From Vectrevirus T147P1: a DNA stretch of 43,705 bases. This document shows positions 9,041 to 18,077 of this stretch, piece after piece; the first letter of the stretch is position 1; each line of letters starts with the position of its first letter. Made by a program: the position numbers and the translations under genes. Location of the stretch: the sequence record OZ035788.1. One strand, 5' to 3'. Under the pieces are notes generated by a model, which worked only from the letters and a program-made list of their open reading frames with translations, searched no databases and had not been told where the DNA came from.

Positions 9041-9264
9041 TGTATCAACATGATGTATTCTTTGAATCAGCTAGTGAAGCTATCCGCTTCCGTGATGATA
9101 TGATGCAAGCTGGTGTAGGCGTTGATGTGTATCACTATTTGATAGATTACGACACTGAATATCACCGAGTTACCTTAGTATCTGAGTATGACAACCAAGT
9201 CATTACTGAGTATCTAGGCAGTGAAGATTACGATTACGATGAAGTAATCACGACAAATCTCTAA
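9040..9264 (+). CDS. early acidic Tyr/Asp-rich hypothetical protein
   Basis: 74 aa; GAGGG RBS; TAAATG overlap with the upstream ORF. Confidence 0.55.
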   Translation: MYQHDVFFESASEAIRFRDDMMQAGVGVDVYHYLIDYDTEYHRVTLVSEYDNQVITEYLGSEDYDYDEVITTNL

Positions 9265-9272
9265 ATTAACTG

Positions 9273-9301
9273 TTGACAGCCACGGCATACAAGGTTACAT
9301 T
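9273..9301 (+). promoter_or_regulatory. candidate host sigma70 promoter
   Basis: TTGACA, 17-nt spacer, TACATT. Confidence 0.3.
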
Positions 9302-9393
9302 AAGCATCAAGACGGCGACGTCTTTAAACATCCCGCTCTTTAACAATACGGTTTGTGTCTTGATAGGCTAACTAACTAACTAAGGTAATTATC

Positions 9394-9504
9394 ATGAAAG
9401 GTTTAATTTGTGTAGAACGTATGGTCAATGGTAAACTTGAAATATTACCACTGGAAAACCAATCTAGCTTCAAAGAGTGGTATGGCTGTTTCTCACTGAT
9501 TTAA
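9394..9504 (+). CDS. small early hypothetical protein
   Basis: 36-aa ORF preceded by the three-frame stop CTAACTAACTAA and a weak RBS. Confidence 0.35.
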   Translation: MKGLICVERMVNGKLEILPLENQSSFKEWYGCFSLI

Positions 9505-9655
9505 GGTAAAGGCTGGCACTAGTCAGCCTATCAAGGCGCAAACCAAGCTCTTTAACAATTTGGATGGTAGCTTCTTAGTCTGGATAGGTTAAACCTAGGG
9601 GATTCTCTTGAGTCTCCTATAATGTAACCTAACTAACTAAATGAGGATTAATAAC

Positions 9656-10009
9656 ATGGCTATGTCTAATATGACTTACTCTCAGGTTTACAACACCGCT
9701 CATGCTGCATTAGTTGAACGTATCTGGGATGATGCTATTGATTGTATCGATAACGCACATGATGCAATCCATGAGGTGGCGGATAGTGCTGTACCAATCT
9801 ATTATGCTGACATCTTCTCAGTGATGGCCAGTGAAGGCATCGACCACTTCTTCGAGGATTCTGGCTTAATGCCAGACACTAAGGATGTGACGGTCGTACT
9901 ACAAGCCCGTATTTATGAACAACTCACCATTGATTTATGGGAACGTGTTCAAGATATGATTGATGAGTACATCGATTCCGCTGAGGATTCAGAAGAAGAG
10001 GAAGAATAA
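9656..10009 (+). CDS. ocr: Ocr-like DNA-mimic anti-restriction protein (T7 gp0.3 homolog)
   Basis: 117 aa; starts MAMSNMTY and contains [43 protein letters not shown] and an acidic C-terminus, matching T7 Ocr as I recall it; ORF opens at 9641 but the RBS supports 9656. Confidence 0.85.
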   Translation: MAMSNMTYSQVYNTAHAALVERIWDDAIDCIDNAHDAIHEVADSAVPIYYADIFSVMASEGIDHFFEDSGLMPDTKDVTVVLQARIYEQLTIDLWERVQDMIDEYIDSAEDSEEEEE

Positions 10010-10011
10010 GG

Positions 10012-10125
10012 ATGGAAAAGCAATATAACTTTATCTTTTCAGACGGTGTAACCCTGAAGTGTTCCCTACGATTCGCTCAGATTCGTGAGGAAGTGCTAGG
10101 TACTACATACAAACTATTTATCTGA
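10012..10125 (+). CDS. small hypothetical protein
   Basis: 37-aa ORF directly after ocr. Confidence 0.3.
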   Translation: MEKQYNFIFSDGVTLKCSLRFAQIREEVLGTTYKLFI

Positions 10126-10201
10126 CACTATAAGAGAAGGCTTAACAAGGCGTTACTACGGTAGCGCCTGATTAAACTTTCACTGACTAGAGGTTAAAAT
10201 T

Positions 10202-10327
10202 ATGAAACTATCGCCATCCGCTAAAGGCCTCATTGCAGAACTTAAAGACTCTTTGAGGAATCCAATCATTTGGGCACTTATCTACATACCTTATGGTATC
10301 TACCTATTTCACCTCATCACTGAGTAA
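10202..10327 (+). CDS. small membrane protein
   Basis: 41 aa with hydrophobic segment IIWALIYIPYGIYLFHLI; GAGG RBS. Confidence 0.35.
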   Translation: MKLSPSAKGLIAELKDSLRNPIIWALIYIPYGIYLFHLITE

Positions 10328-10388
10328 ATAGCCTATAGCCTACCTATGTGGGCTATGTGATATTTACTTACACTATAAGGTGATTAAT

Positions 10389-11312
10389 ATGACTACTGAA
10401 AACACCCTTCTGTCTGTTCGTGAAGCTGCAACCGCTGAGATTAAGCAGCATTTGGATAATATCGGCACTTCTTACATCAAAGTTGGCGCTTGTCTGAATG
10501 AATTACGCGGTGATTTCGAAGGTCAAAAAGACTTTCTAGCTTATGTAGAATCAGAGTTCGGCATCAAGAAAGCACAATGCTACAAGCTGATGAGTGTAGC
10601 CCGTGTCTTTGAAGGAGACGAACGCTTTAAAGGTGTGGCTATGCGTGTAATGCTGGCGCTTGTTCCTTTCGCTGATGAAAATATAATCATGGAGAAGGCC
10701 GCAGAACTCGCCGCAGAGGGCAAGCTGGACACTAACGCCGTAAACGTCCTGATTGATCCTAAGAAAGAGACAAAGGCCGAGACGGTACAATCTAAGGTTG
10801 AGTCGGTAAAACCGCAGGAGAACGCGACTGAGGCCGCAGAAACTATGCAAGGACATGCAACCTTTGAGGATTTCATCTTAGAGAAGGCGAAAGAGGAGTT
10901 ACAAAGTGTGCCGCCAGCAAGTGAGTCGGGTAACGACGAATCCGCACCGTGGGAAGACAAAAGCAAGCCGGAAGACACAAAGGCAGCGCCACGGGATAAC
11001 ACGGCTAACACCGAGAGTGCCGCTATTGCTGGCCTTCTGGCACAAATTAAAGCACTGACCGAGCAATTACAGGCAGCTAATGACCGCATTGCCTCCTTAA
11101 GCAGCGCACGCGAAAGCAAGAAAGCAGCCGCGCCTATGCTGCCGCAATTCAAATCTTCCTGCTTCTATGCTCGCTTAGGTTTAAGCGCTGAGGAGGCAAC
11201 GAAGAAAACAGCAGTTAACAAGGCACGCCGCGAACTGGTTAAGCTAGGCTACGGCGAAGGCCATGAAGCATGGCCCTTAATCTCTGAGGCAGTAGAAGAA
11301 TTAACTAAGTAA
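10389..11312 (+). CDS. early protein of unknown function
   Basis: About 307 aa from the ATG after AAGGTGA (ORF opens with GTG at 10380); globular N-terminus, acidic low-complexity middle, coiled-coil-like C-terminus; sits where T7 has gene 0.7 but has no kinase motifs. Confidence 0.7.
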   Translation: MTTENTLLSVREAATAEIKQHLDNIGTSYIKVGACLNELRGDFEGQKDFLAYVESEFGIKKAQCYKLMSVARVFEGDERFKGVAMRVMLALVPFADENIIMEKAAELAAEGKLDTNAVNVLIDPKKETKAETVQSKVESVKPQENATEAAETMQGHATFEDFILEKAKEELQSVPPASESGNDESAPWEDKSKPEDTKAAPRDNTANTESAAIAGLLAQIKALTEQLQAANDRIASLSSARESKKAAAPMLPQFKSSCFYARLGLSAEEATKKTAVNKARRELVKLGYGEGHEAWPLISEAVEELTK

Positions 11313-11375
11313 CCTTATCGGTGGCATCTTCTTAGGTGTCACCTATTAAGGTTTCTTTCACTAGGAGTAAACAAG

Positions 11376-14003
11376 ATGCAAGACCTACACGCTATTCAAC
11401 TTCAACTTGAAGAAGAAATGTTTAACGGCGGTATCCGTCGCTTTGAAGCGGACCAACAACGCCAGATTGCATCCGGTAATGAATCAGACACGGCATGGAA
11501 TCGCCGCTTATTGTCCGAGTTAATCGCGCCAATGGCTGAAGGTATTCAGGCTTATAAGGAAGAGTACGAAGGCAAGCGCGGTCGTGCACCACGTGCATTG
11601 GCTTTCATTAACTGCGTAGAAAATGAAGTGGCAGCGTATATCACGATGAAGATCGTAATGGATATGCTTAACACTGATGTAACCTTGCAAGCTATCGCTA
11701 TGAATGTAGCTGACCGCATCGAAGACCAAGTGCGCTTCAGTAAACTAGAAGGCCATGCAGCTAAATATTTTGAGAAGGTCAAGAAGTCACTTAAGGCAAG
11801 TAAGACTAAATCATATCGCCATGCGCACAATGTAGCGGTCGTGGCTGAGAAGTCAGTAGCTGACCGTGACGCTGATTTCTCTCGCTGGGAAGCGTGGCCT
11901 AAAGATACCTTGCTACAAATTGGTATGACCTTGCTAGAAATACTGGAAAATAGTGTATTCTTCAACGGGCAGCCTGTTTTCATCCGCACCTTGCGTACTA
12001 ATGGCGGCAAACACGGTGTTTACTACTTACAGACTAGTGAACACGTTGGCGAGTGGATAACCGCCTTCAAAGAGCACGTAGCGCAACTAAGCCCTGCATA
12101 TGCACCTTGCGTTATTCCTCCGCGTCCGTGGGTTTCACCTTTCAACGGTGGGTTTCATACTGAGAAAGTAGCAAGCCGTATCCGCCTTGTTAAAGGCAAC
12201 CGTGAGCACGTCCGTAAGTTAACTAAAAAGCAAATGCCAGCGGTCTATAAGGCTGTTAACGCCTTACAAGCTACTAAGTGGCAGGTTAACAAGGAAGTAT
12301 TGCAGGTAGTAGAAGATGTTATTCGTCTAGACCTCGGTTATGGTGTACCTTCCTTTAAGCCGCTCATTGACCGCGAGAACAAACCAGCTAACCCTGTTCC
12401 TCTTGAGTTCCAACACCTGAGAGGCCGTGAACTGAAAGAGATGCTTACGCCAGAACAGTGGCAAGCTTTTATAAACTGGAAAGGAGAATGTACCAAGCTG
12501 TATACCGCTGAAACTAAGCGCGGAAGCAAGTCGGCGGCGACCGTTCGCATGGTTGGACAGGCCCGTAAATACAGCCAGTTTGACGCAATTTATTTTGTGT
12601 ATGCACTGGACAGCCGTTCGCGCGTTTATGCGCAATCTAGCACGCTCTCGCCGCAATCAAACGACTTAGGCAAGGCATTGCTCCGTTTTACCGAAGGGCA
12701 GCGTCTTGATAGCGCTGAGGCGCTTAAGTGGTTTTTGGTGAACGGGGCGAATAATTGGGGTTGGGATAAGAAAACTTTTGACGTGCGCACCGCTAACGTG
12801 CTGGATGGCGAATTTCAAGACATGTGCCGCGATATTGCAGCCGACCCGCTGACCTTCACTCAATGGGTAAATGCTGATTCCCCTTACGGCTTCCTTGCAT
12901 GGTGCTTTGAATATGCGCGTTATCTGGATGCACTGGATGAAGGCACGCAAGACCAATTCATGACGCACCTACCCGTCCATCAAGACGGTAGTTGCTCTGG
13001 TATCCAGCACTATAGCGCGATGTTACGCGATGAAGTAGGTGCGAAAGCAGTAAACCTTAAGCCTTCTGACTCCCCTCAAGATATTTATGGCGCGGTTGCG
13101 CAGGTTGTTATCCAGAAGAATTACGCCTACATGAATGCAGACGATGCAGAGACTTTCACATCTGGAAGCGTCACACTTACAGGTGCAGAACTGCGTAGCA
13201 TGGCTAGTGCGTGGGATATGATAGGAATCACTCGCGGATTGACCAAAAAGCCCGTAATGACACTACCTTATGGCAGCACACGTCTAACCTGCCGTGAATC
13301 AGTGATTGATTATATCGTTGATTTGGAAGAAAAAGAGGCCCAACGAGCTATTGCGGAAGGACGTACCGCCAATCCTGTACATCCTTTTGATAATGACCGT
13401 AAGGACAGCCTGACACCTAGCGCAGCTTATAACTATATGACAGCTTTAATCTGGCCTTCTATTTCGGAAGTGGTTAAAGCTCCTATAGTGGCAATGAAAA
13501 TGATTCGTCAGCTTGCCCGTTTCGCAGCTAAAAGGAATGAAGGCCTAGAGTATACCTTGCCTACTGGCTTCATCTTGCAACAAAAGATAATGGCTACTGA
13601 TATGCTCCGCGTATCCACTTGCCTGATGGGGGAAATCAAGATGAGTCTACAGATTGAAACGGACGTAGTGGATGAAACGGCTATGATGGGCGCTGCTGCT
13701 CCTAACTTTGTGCATGGTCATGATGCCAGTCACCTTATCTTAACAGTCTGCGACCTTGTTGATAAAGGGATTACATCTATCGCAGTCATTCATGATTCTT
13801 TCGGTACTCACGCAGGCCGTACAGCCGATCTACGTGATAGTCTAAGGGCAGAAATGGTGAAGATGTATCAAGGCCGTAATGCCCTGCAAAGCCTGTTAGA
13901 TGAGCATGAAGAACGCTGGTTAGTAGACACCGGAATCCAAGTGCCAGAGCAAGGAGAGTTTGACCTTAACGAAATCTTAGTATCTGACTATTGCTTCGCA
14001 TAA
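11376..14003 (+). CDS. single-subunit DNA-dependent RNA polymerase (SP6/T7 family)
   Basis: 875 aa; N-terminus [32 protein letters not shown]... and internal [25 protein letters not shown] / [11 protein letters not shown] / IHDSFGTHA match SP6 RNAP as recalled; AGGAG RBS. Confidence 0.97.
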   Translation: MQDLHAIQLQLEEEMFNGGIRRFEADQQRQIASGNESDTAWNRRLLSELIAPMAEGIQAYKEEYEGKRGRAPRALAFINCVENEVAAYITMKIVMDMLNTDVTLQAIAMNVADRIEDQVRFSKLEGHAAKYFEKVKKSLKASKTKSYRHAHNVAVVAEKSVADRDADFSRWEAWPKDTLLQIGMTLLEILENSVFFNGQPVFIRTLRTNGGKHGVYYLQTSEHVGEWITAFKEHVAQLSPAYAPCVIPPRPWVSPFNGGFHTEKVASRIRLVKGNREHVRKLTKKQMPAVYKAVNALQATKWQVNKEVLQVVEDVIRLDLGYGVPSFKPLIDRENKPANPVPLEFQHLRGRELKEMLTPEQWQAFINWKGECTKLYTAETKRGSKSAATVRMVGQARKYSQFDAIYFVYALDSRSRVYAQSSTLSPQSNDLGKALLRFTEGQRLDSAEALKWFLVNGANNWGWDKKTFDVRTANVLDGEFQDMCRDIAADPLTFTQWVNADSPYGFLAWCFEYARYLDALDEGTQDQFMTHLPVHQDGSCSGIQHYSAMLRDEVGAKAVNLKPSDSPQDIYGAVAQVVIQKNYAYMNADDAETFTSGSVTLTGAELRSMASAWDMIGITRGLTKKPVMTLPYGSTRLTCRESVIDYIVDLEEKEAQRAIAEGRTANPVHPFDNDRKDSLTPSAAYNYMTALIWPSISEVVKAPIVAMKMIRQLARFAAKRNEGLEYTLPTGFILQQKIMATDMLRVSTCLMGEIKMSLQIETDVVDETAMMGAAAPNFVHGHDASHLILTVCDLVDKGITSIAVIHDSFGTHAGRTADLRDSLRAEMVKMYQGRNALQSLLDEHEERWLVDTGIQVPEQGEFDLNEILVSDYCFA

Positions 14004-14011
14004 TATTAATA

Positions 14012-14040
14012 GGCCATTCCTTCGGGAGTGGCCTTTTCTT
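14012..14040 (+). terminator. intrinsic terminator after the RNAP gene (TE-like)
   Basis: GGCCATTCC-TTCG-GGAGTGGCC hairpin (9 bp, UUCG loop) followed by TTTTCTTTT. Confidence 0.6.
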
Positions 14041-14076
14041 TTACCTACTACCGGTAACATTTCATTAACATAAAGT

Positions 14077-14092
14077 GTCTCACATGTGAGAC
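14077..14092. repeat. 16-bp palindrome GTCTCACATGTGAGAC (copy 1)
   Basis: Perfect palindrome immediately upstream of the promoter at 14095. Confidence 0.8.
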
Positions 14093-14094
14093 TT

Positions 14095-14117
14095 ATTTAC
14101 CGGACACTATAGGATAG
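14095..14117 (+). promoter_or_regulatory. phage RNAP promoter
   Basis: ATTTACCGGACACTATAGGATAG. Confidence 0.7.
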
Positions 14118-14158
14118 CCGTCGGAGACGGGAAAGAAGGGAAGATAAAGGATATAAAA

Positions 14159-14215
14159 GGAAGTAATAGGTATTAAAGGTTATATAGGTTTACCTAGGAA
14201 TACCTATTACCTTCC
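14159..14215. repeat. AT-rich element with 16-bp inverted repeat arms (copy B); candidate replication origin core
   Basis: GGAAGTAATAGGTATT ... AATACCTATTACCTTCC arms flank AGGTTATATAGGT; lies between two phage promoters just downstream of the RNAP gene, the layout of the T7 primary origin. Confidence 0.45.
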
Positions 14216-14258
14216 TCCTTCCTCTTATTACTACTTAGAGGAAGGGCAGACCTAAGTT

Positions 14259-14274
14259 GTCTCACATGTGAGAC
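14259..14274. repeat. 16-bp palindrome GTCTCACATGTGAGAC (copy 2)
   Basis: Perfect palindrome immediately upstream of the promoter at 14280. Confidence 0.8.
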
Positions 14275-14279
14275 TTCGT

Positions 14280-14302
14280 ATTTACCGGACAGTATAGATA
14301 AG
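14280..14302 (+). promoter_or_regulatory. phage RNAP promoter (variant, G at -5)
   Basis: ATTTACCGGACAGTATAGATAAG. Confidence 0.5.
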
Positions 14303-14459
14303 ACTAACTTACTTTGGAGATTTAACCATGCGTAACTTTGAGAAGATGACCCGTAAAGCTAACCGTTTTGACATGGAAGAAGGGCAGACTAAAGGCAAGA
14401 AGCTTAATAAACCTGTCCGCGACCGTGCATCTAAACGCGCTGCGTGGGAGTTCTAAGTT

Positions 14460-14681
14460 ATGGCTAAATACAGGATTAAGACGTGTTTAAACAATCAGGG
14501 GCATGAGTGCTATATAGTACAGCGTAAGGTTCTACTGGGCTTGCTGTGGGTTACTTGTATGATGCCTATTGGCTACACTGACACTGAAGCCATCTTTGGC
14601 ACGGAAGATGATGCCTACAGATTCATCGCTAAACGTAGAAAAGTAGAACGTTATAAACACAGAATTATTAAGGTAAACTAA
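14460..14681 (+). CDS. hypothetical protein
   Basis: 73-aa ORF with GGGAG RBS; stop overlaps the primase start (TAATG). Confidence 0.55.
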   Translation: MAKYRIKTCLNNQGHECYIVQRKVLLGLLWVTCMMPIGYTDTEAIFGTEDDAYRFIAKRRKVERYKHRIIKVN

Positions 14682-16669
14682 TGGCTATAATCAATAACAT
14701 TCAATGCCCTGCTTGTGCTAAGAACGGGCATGATAAATCCTCTAATCATCTCATGATATTTGATGATGGTGCTGGCTACTGTAATCGTGGACACTTTCAT
14801 GATAATGGTAGACCTTACTACCACAAGCCGGAAGGTGGCATCGAGATAACCGAGTTACCTATTACTGGCAATATCAAATATACACCTTCTCAATTCAAAG
14901 AAATGGAGAAGGAAGGGAAGATAAGCGACCCTAAATTACGTGCCATCGCACTAGGTGGTATGCGTATGAAAGACCGTTGGGAGGTCATGAATGAGCAAGA
15001 AAGGGCAGACCAAGAAGCAGAGTGGAAACTTGATGTTGAATGGTTCCTCACGCTTAAGCGTAAGAACCTTGTTTCCCGACACATTCGCGGCGACATTTGC
15101 GCATTGTATGATGTACGTGTCGGACACGATGAAGAGGGTAGAGTCTCGCGGCATTACTATCCACGCTTCGAGAAAGGTGAGCTAGTAGGAGCTAAGTGTC
15201 GCACATTACCTAAAGACTTTAAGTTTGGTCATTTAGGTAAACTCTTTGGTATGCAAGACCTTTTCGGGATGAATACTTTGTCTCACGTGTTAGACAAGGG
15301 AAGACGAAAGGACTGCTTGCTCATTGTCGGCGGCGAACTGGATGCACTAGCAGCGCAGCAGATGCTCCTTGATTCTGCCAAGGGTACTAAGTGGGAGGGT
15401 CAGCCATACCATGTATGGTCTGTCAACAAAGGCGAGTCTTGCCTTGAAGAGATAGTGCAGAACCGTGAGCATATCGCCCAATTCAAGAAGATTATATGGG
15501 GTTTTGATGGAGATGAGGTAGGGCAGAAGCAGAATCAGCAAGCGGCTCGCCTGTTTCCTGGCAAATCCTATATCCTTGAATACCCCTCTGGTTGCAAAGA
15601 TGCTAACAAGGCATTGATGGCTGGCAAGGCTAAAGAATTTGTAGATGCATGGTTTAATGCCAAGTCATCTGATGAAGTCTTTGGTAGCCAGATTAAATCT
15701 ATTGCATCTCAAAGGGATAAGCTCAAGGCTGCACGTCCAGAGCAAGGACTATCATGGCCTTGGCCTAAGCTGAACAAGGTAACGCTAGGTATTCGTAAGA
15801 ATCAGCTTATCATTGTAGGTGCAGGGTCTGGTGTAGGTAAGACTGAGTTCCTTCGTGAAGTAGTTAAGCACCTCATTGAAGAACACGGTGAATCTGTAGG
15901 CATCATTTCTACAGAAGACCCGATGGTCAAGGTGTCCCGTGCTTTTATCGGCAAGTGGATTGATAAGCGTATTGAGTTACCGCCAACCAACGACCCGAAA
16001 GAAGATGGATACCGTGAGGTGTTCGACTACACCGAGGAAGAAGCTAACGCCGCCATTGATTATGTAGCTGATACAGGTAAGCTGTTTGTGGCTGACCTAG
16101 AGGGTGACTATTCGATGGAAAAGGTAGAGCAAACTTGCCTAGAGTTTGAGGCTATGGGCATTTCTAATATCATCATTGATAACTTAACGGGGATTAAATT
16201 AGATGAGCGTGCTTTTGGTGGGAAGGTTGGTGCACTTGATGAATGCGTCAAGCGGATTGGTACTATCAAAGACCGACACCCGGTTACTATATTCCTTGTA
16301 TCACACCTTACACGTCCTCCGGCAAACCGTACCCAACACGAAGAAGGTGGCGAAGTTATCCTTTCTGACTTCCGAGGCTCAGGCGCTATCGGATTCTGGG
16401 CATCTTACGCCTTGGGGATTGAGCGTAATACAAGAGCTGAAACGCTTGACGAAAGGACTACCACGTACATCTCATGTGTCAAAGACCGCGACCAAGGTAT
16501 CTGGACTGGAACCAAGGTCATGCTTAAGGGTGACATTCAAACCGGACGTTTAATGGAACCACAAGCCCGTACTAAGTCATTTGATACAGGTGAAGCAAGG
16601 CAACAAGAAGTGCCGGATTTACCGGACACTATAGAAGAGACAACCTTTGACGATGAACAGGAGTTTTAA
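14681..16669 (+). CDS. DNA primase/helicase (T7 gp4-like)
   Basis: 662 aa; N-terminal Cys4 zinc ribbon (CPACAKNGHDKSSNH...CNRGHFH), Walker A GAGSGVGKT of the DnaB-like helicase domain, acidic C-terminus ending in F. Confidence 0.95.
   Translation: MAIINNIQCPACAKNGHDKSSNHLMIFDDGAGYCNRGHFHDNGRPYYHKPEGGIEITELPITGNIKYTPSQFKEMEKEGKISDPKLRAIALGGMRMKDRWEVMNEQERADQEAEWKLDVEWFLTLKRKNLVSRHIRGDICALYDVRVGHDEEGRVSRHYYPRFEKGELVGAKCRTLPKDFKFGHLGKLFGMQDLFGMNTLSHVLDKGRRKDCLLIVGGELDALAAQQMLLDSAKGTKWEGQPYHVWSVNKGESCLEEIVQNREHIAQFKKIIWGFDGDEVGQKQNQQAARLFPGKSYILEYPSGCKDANKALMAGKAKEFVDAWFNAKSSDEVFGSQIKSIASQRDKLKAARPEQGLSWPWPKLNKVTLGIRKNQLIIVGAGSGVGKTEFLREVVKHLIEEHGESVGIISTEDPMVKVSRAFIGKWIDKRIELPPTNDPKEDGYREVFDYTEEEANAAIDYVADTGKLFVADLEGDYSMEKVEQTCLEFEAMGISNIIIDNLTGIKLDERAFGGKVGALDECVKRIGTIKDRHPVTIFLVSHLTRPPANRTQHEEGGEVILSDFRGSGAIGFWASYALGIERNTRAETLDERTTTYISCVKDRDQGIWTGTKVMLKGDIQTGRLMEPQARTKSFDTGEARQQEVPDLPDTIEETTFDDEQEF
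16617..16639 (+). promoter_or_regulatory. phage RNAP promoter inside the 3' end of the primase/helicase gene
   Basis: ATTTACCGGACACTATAGAAGAG. Confidence 0.7.
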
Positions 16670-16830
16670 TGGAAATTATTAAACCAGTATTGAATATCGG
16701 TATTGAGATCCTATTCATGCTTGTGATCGCAGATTATGCTGCACGATATGGATTCAAGAAAGCTGTGAAACTTATCGTTGCATCTGGTTTTCTTATGTCA
16801 ATGTTCTTTATTGTAACACGCCTTATCTAG
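16669..16830 (+). CDS. small two-TMD membrane protein
   Basis: 53 aa; AGGAG RBS; TAATG coupling to the helicase stop. Confidence 0.45.
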   Translation: MEIIKPVLNIGIEILFMLVIADYAARYGFKKAVKLIVASGFLMSMFFIVTRLI

Positions 16831-16847
16831 TGTATTTATCAGGGCTT

Positions 16848-16863
16848 GTCTCACATGTGAGAC
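16848..16863. repeat. 16-bp palindrome GTCTCACATGTGAGAC (copy 3)
   Basis: Embedded in an extended inverted repeat GGGCTTGTCTCACA / TGTGAGACAGGCTC. Confidence 0.8.
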
Positions 16864-16896
16864 AGGCTCTTATTAAGTACATTAAATAACTGGAGA

Positions 16897-17625
16897 TTGA
16901 TTATGTATAAATTAGTATTGAATGTAGGTGATTATGTTCGTAACATCAATGAAGCCTCACGTCGTTATCGTTGCCGTGGTGTAGTGGCTCGTGTAAGTGA
17001 GAACATGTATCATGTAGAATATGAGGATGGTATTAAGGCTTCTTACCACAAGAAAACAGCACATAAATATCTTGAAAAGATTGTAGAGATAAACAATCAA
17101 TGTAAGTGCATACATGATGAGGTTTGCGATAAGTGTGCACGTCAGGCAGTTAAAGCCTTTACCTTTGCTCAACGTTATGGTTCTATGTATGGCGCTGGTA
17201 ACAAGACCCTTGCAGAAGCAGCTTGGAAGACATTACAGTTTGAGCGTTCAAATGGACGACGCACCACAATTAAGAAAGAGCGCCGCAATGTAATCACTGG
17301 TAAGACTCAAAGTGAAATGATTAAGAAATGTGGCACTGCACTAGGTGTTACGCAGTTTAACACTCGTGCTCTTGGTAAATCCACAGGACAAGCTATGGTA
17401 AAGATTGGCGAAGCCATGATGCATCCAAATGTACCTGTACGAATCAGGGATGTTGACCATGCAATCACAGAACACAGTACGCAACGACGTGTAATTAATA
17501 AGCATTTTGCCGACACTATAGAAGGTATTATTCGTAAGCAAGGGTTGAAAGGTCTTCACATCTTGAATGATGAAGAGTTACTGTACCTCCCTATTGTTAC
17601 TGAAGAAACCTACGTGAATATCTAA
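16897..17625 (+). CDS. hypothetical protein
   Basis: 242-aa ORF with GGAGA RBS between helicase and DNA polymerase. Confidence 0.7.
   Translation: MIMYKLVLNVGDYVRNINEASRRYRCRGVVARVSENMYHVEYEDGIKASYHKKTAHKYLEKIVEINNQCKCIHDEVCDKCARQAVKAFTFAQRYGSMYGAGNKTLAEAAWKTLQFERSNGRRTTIKKERRNVITGKTQSEMIKKCGTALGVTQFNTRALGKSTGQAMVKIGEAMMHPNVPVRIRDVDHAITEHSTQRRVINKHFADTIEGIIRKQGLKGLHILNDEELLYLPIVTEETYVNI
17504..17526 (+). promoter_or_regulatory. phage RNAP promoter-like site inside a coding sequence
   Basis: ATTTTGCCGACACTATAGAAGGT; core GACACTATAGAAG conserved. Confidence 0.5.
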
Positions 17626-17635
17626 GGAGTTAATC

Positions 17636-17854
17636 ATGACTAAAGTATTAATTTATATGCGTGGACCTCATAAATGCTATGCAGTTGTAGCACCAAATGG
17701 TGTTAAGCCCTATAGTACTTCAAAAGGATTGGCATTAATAGGTGCTAGTAGTAGTGCAAGTTTCCAAATGGAACTTTTTGGTCATTGGAATGAAAGGCAA
17801 TTCCGTGAGGATTTTAAAGTCATTGGCAGCTTCATGGTGAAACATGCAGAATAA
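17636..17854 (+). CDS. hypothetical protein
   Basis: 72-aa ORF with AAGGAG RBS. Confidence 0.55.
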   Translation: MTKVLIYMRGPHKCYAVVAPNGVKPYSTSKGLALIGASSSASFQMELFGHWNERQFREDFKVIGSFMVKHAE

Positions 17855-17867
17855 ACATAGTCTTAAA

Positions 17868-18020
17868 ATGTTCGATGGTCATGAAGACCTGCAAGCCAAG
17901 ATTACTAACCAAGCCTTCCTGTTTGCACAGTTAACTATGGCTGAAGCAAAGAAGAATAGCCTGACGCGTGAACAGGTTATCAAGGAAAGTGAAGTGAAAC
18001 GTAAGATTCGCAGTCGATAA
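17868..18020 (+). CDS. small hypothetical protein
   Basis: 50-aa ORF MFDGHEDLQAKITNQAF...; no clear RBS. Confidence 0.25.
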   Translation: MFDGHEDLQAKITNQAFLFAQLTMAEAKKNSLTREQVIKESEVKRKIRSR

Positions 18021-18030
18021 GTCAAGGGTT

Positions 18031-18046
18031 GTCTCACACGTGAGAC
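18031..18046. repeat. 16-bp palindrome variant GTCTCACACGTGAGAC (copy 4)
   Basis: Centre dinucleotide differs; arms conserved; extended stem GGTTGTCTCAC / GTGAGACAGCC. Confidence 0.8.
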
Positions 18047-18077
18047 AGCCTTTCATCATATTGATTGGAGGTGCATT

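Noticed and set aside
10116-10138. Promoter-like ATTTATCTGACACTATAAGAGAA, and a second at about 10362-10384 (TATTTACTTACACTATAAGGTGA)
   Set aside because: Both keep CACTATA but deviate at the recognition positions and at +1; they lie upstream of the RNAP gene, so they are probably weak or non-functional. Kept as a note only.
13003-13020. CACTATAG core inside the RNAP gene
   Set aside because: Only the -7 to +1 core matches; the upstream recognition region does not fit the consensus.
14328-14489. 53-aa ORF after the promoter at 14280
   Set aside because: Has a GGAGA RBS but its 3' half overlaps the better-supported ORF at 14460 in another frame and reads poorly; left uncalled.
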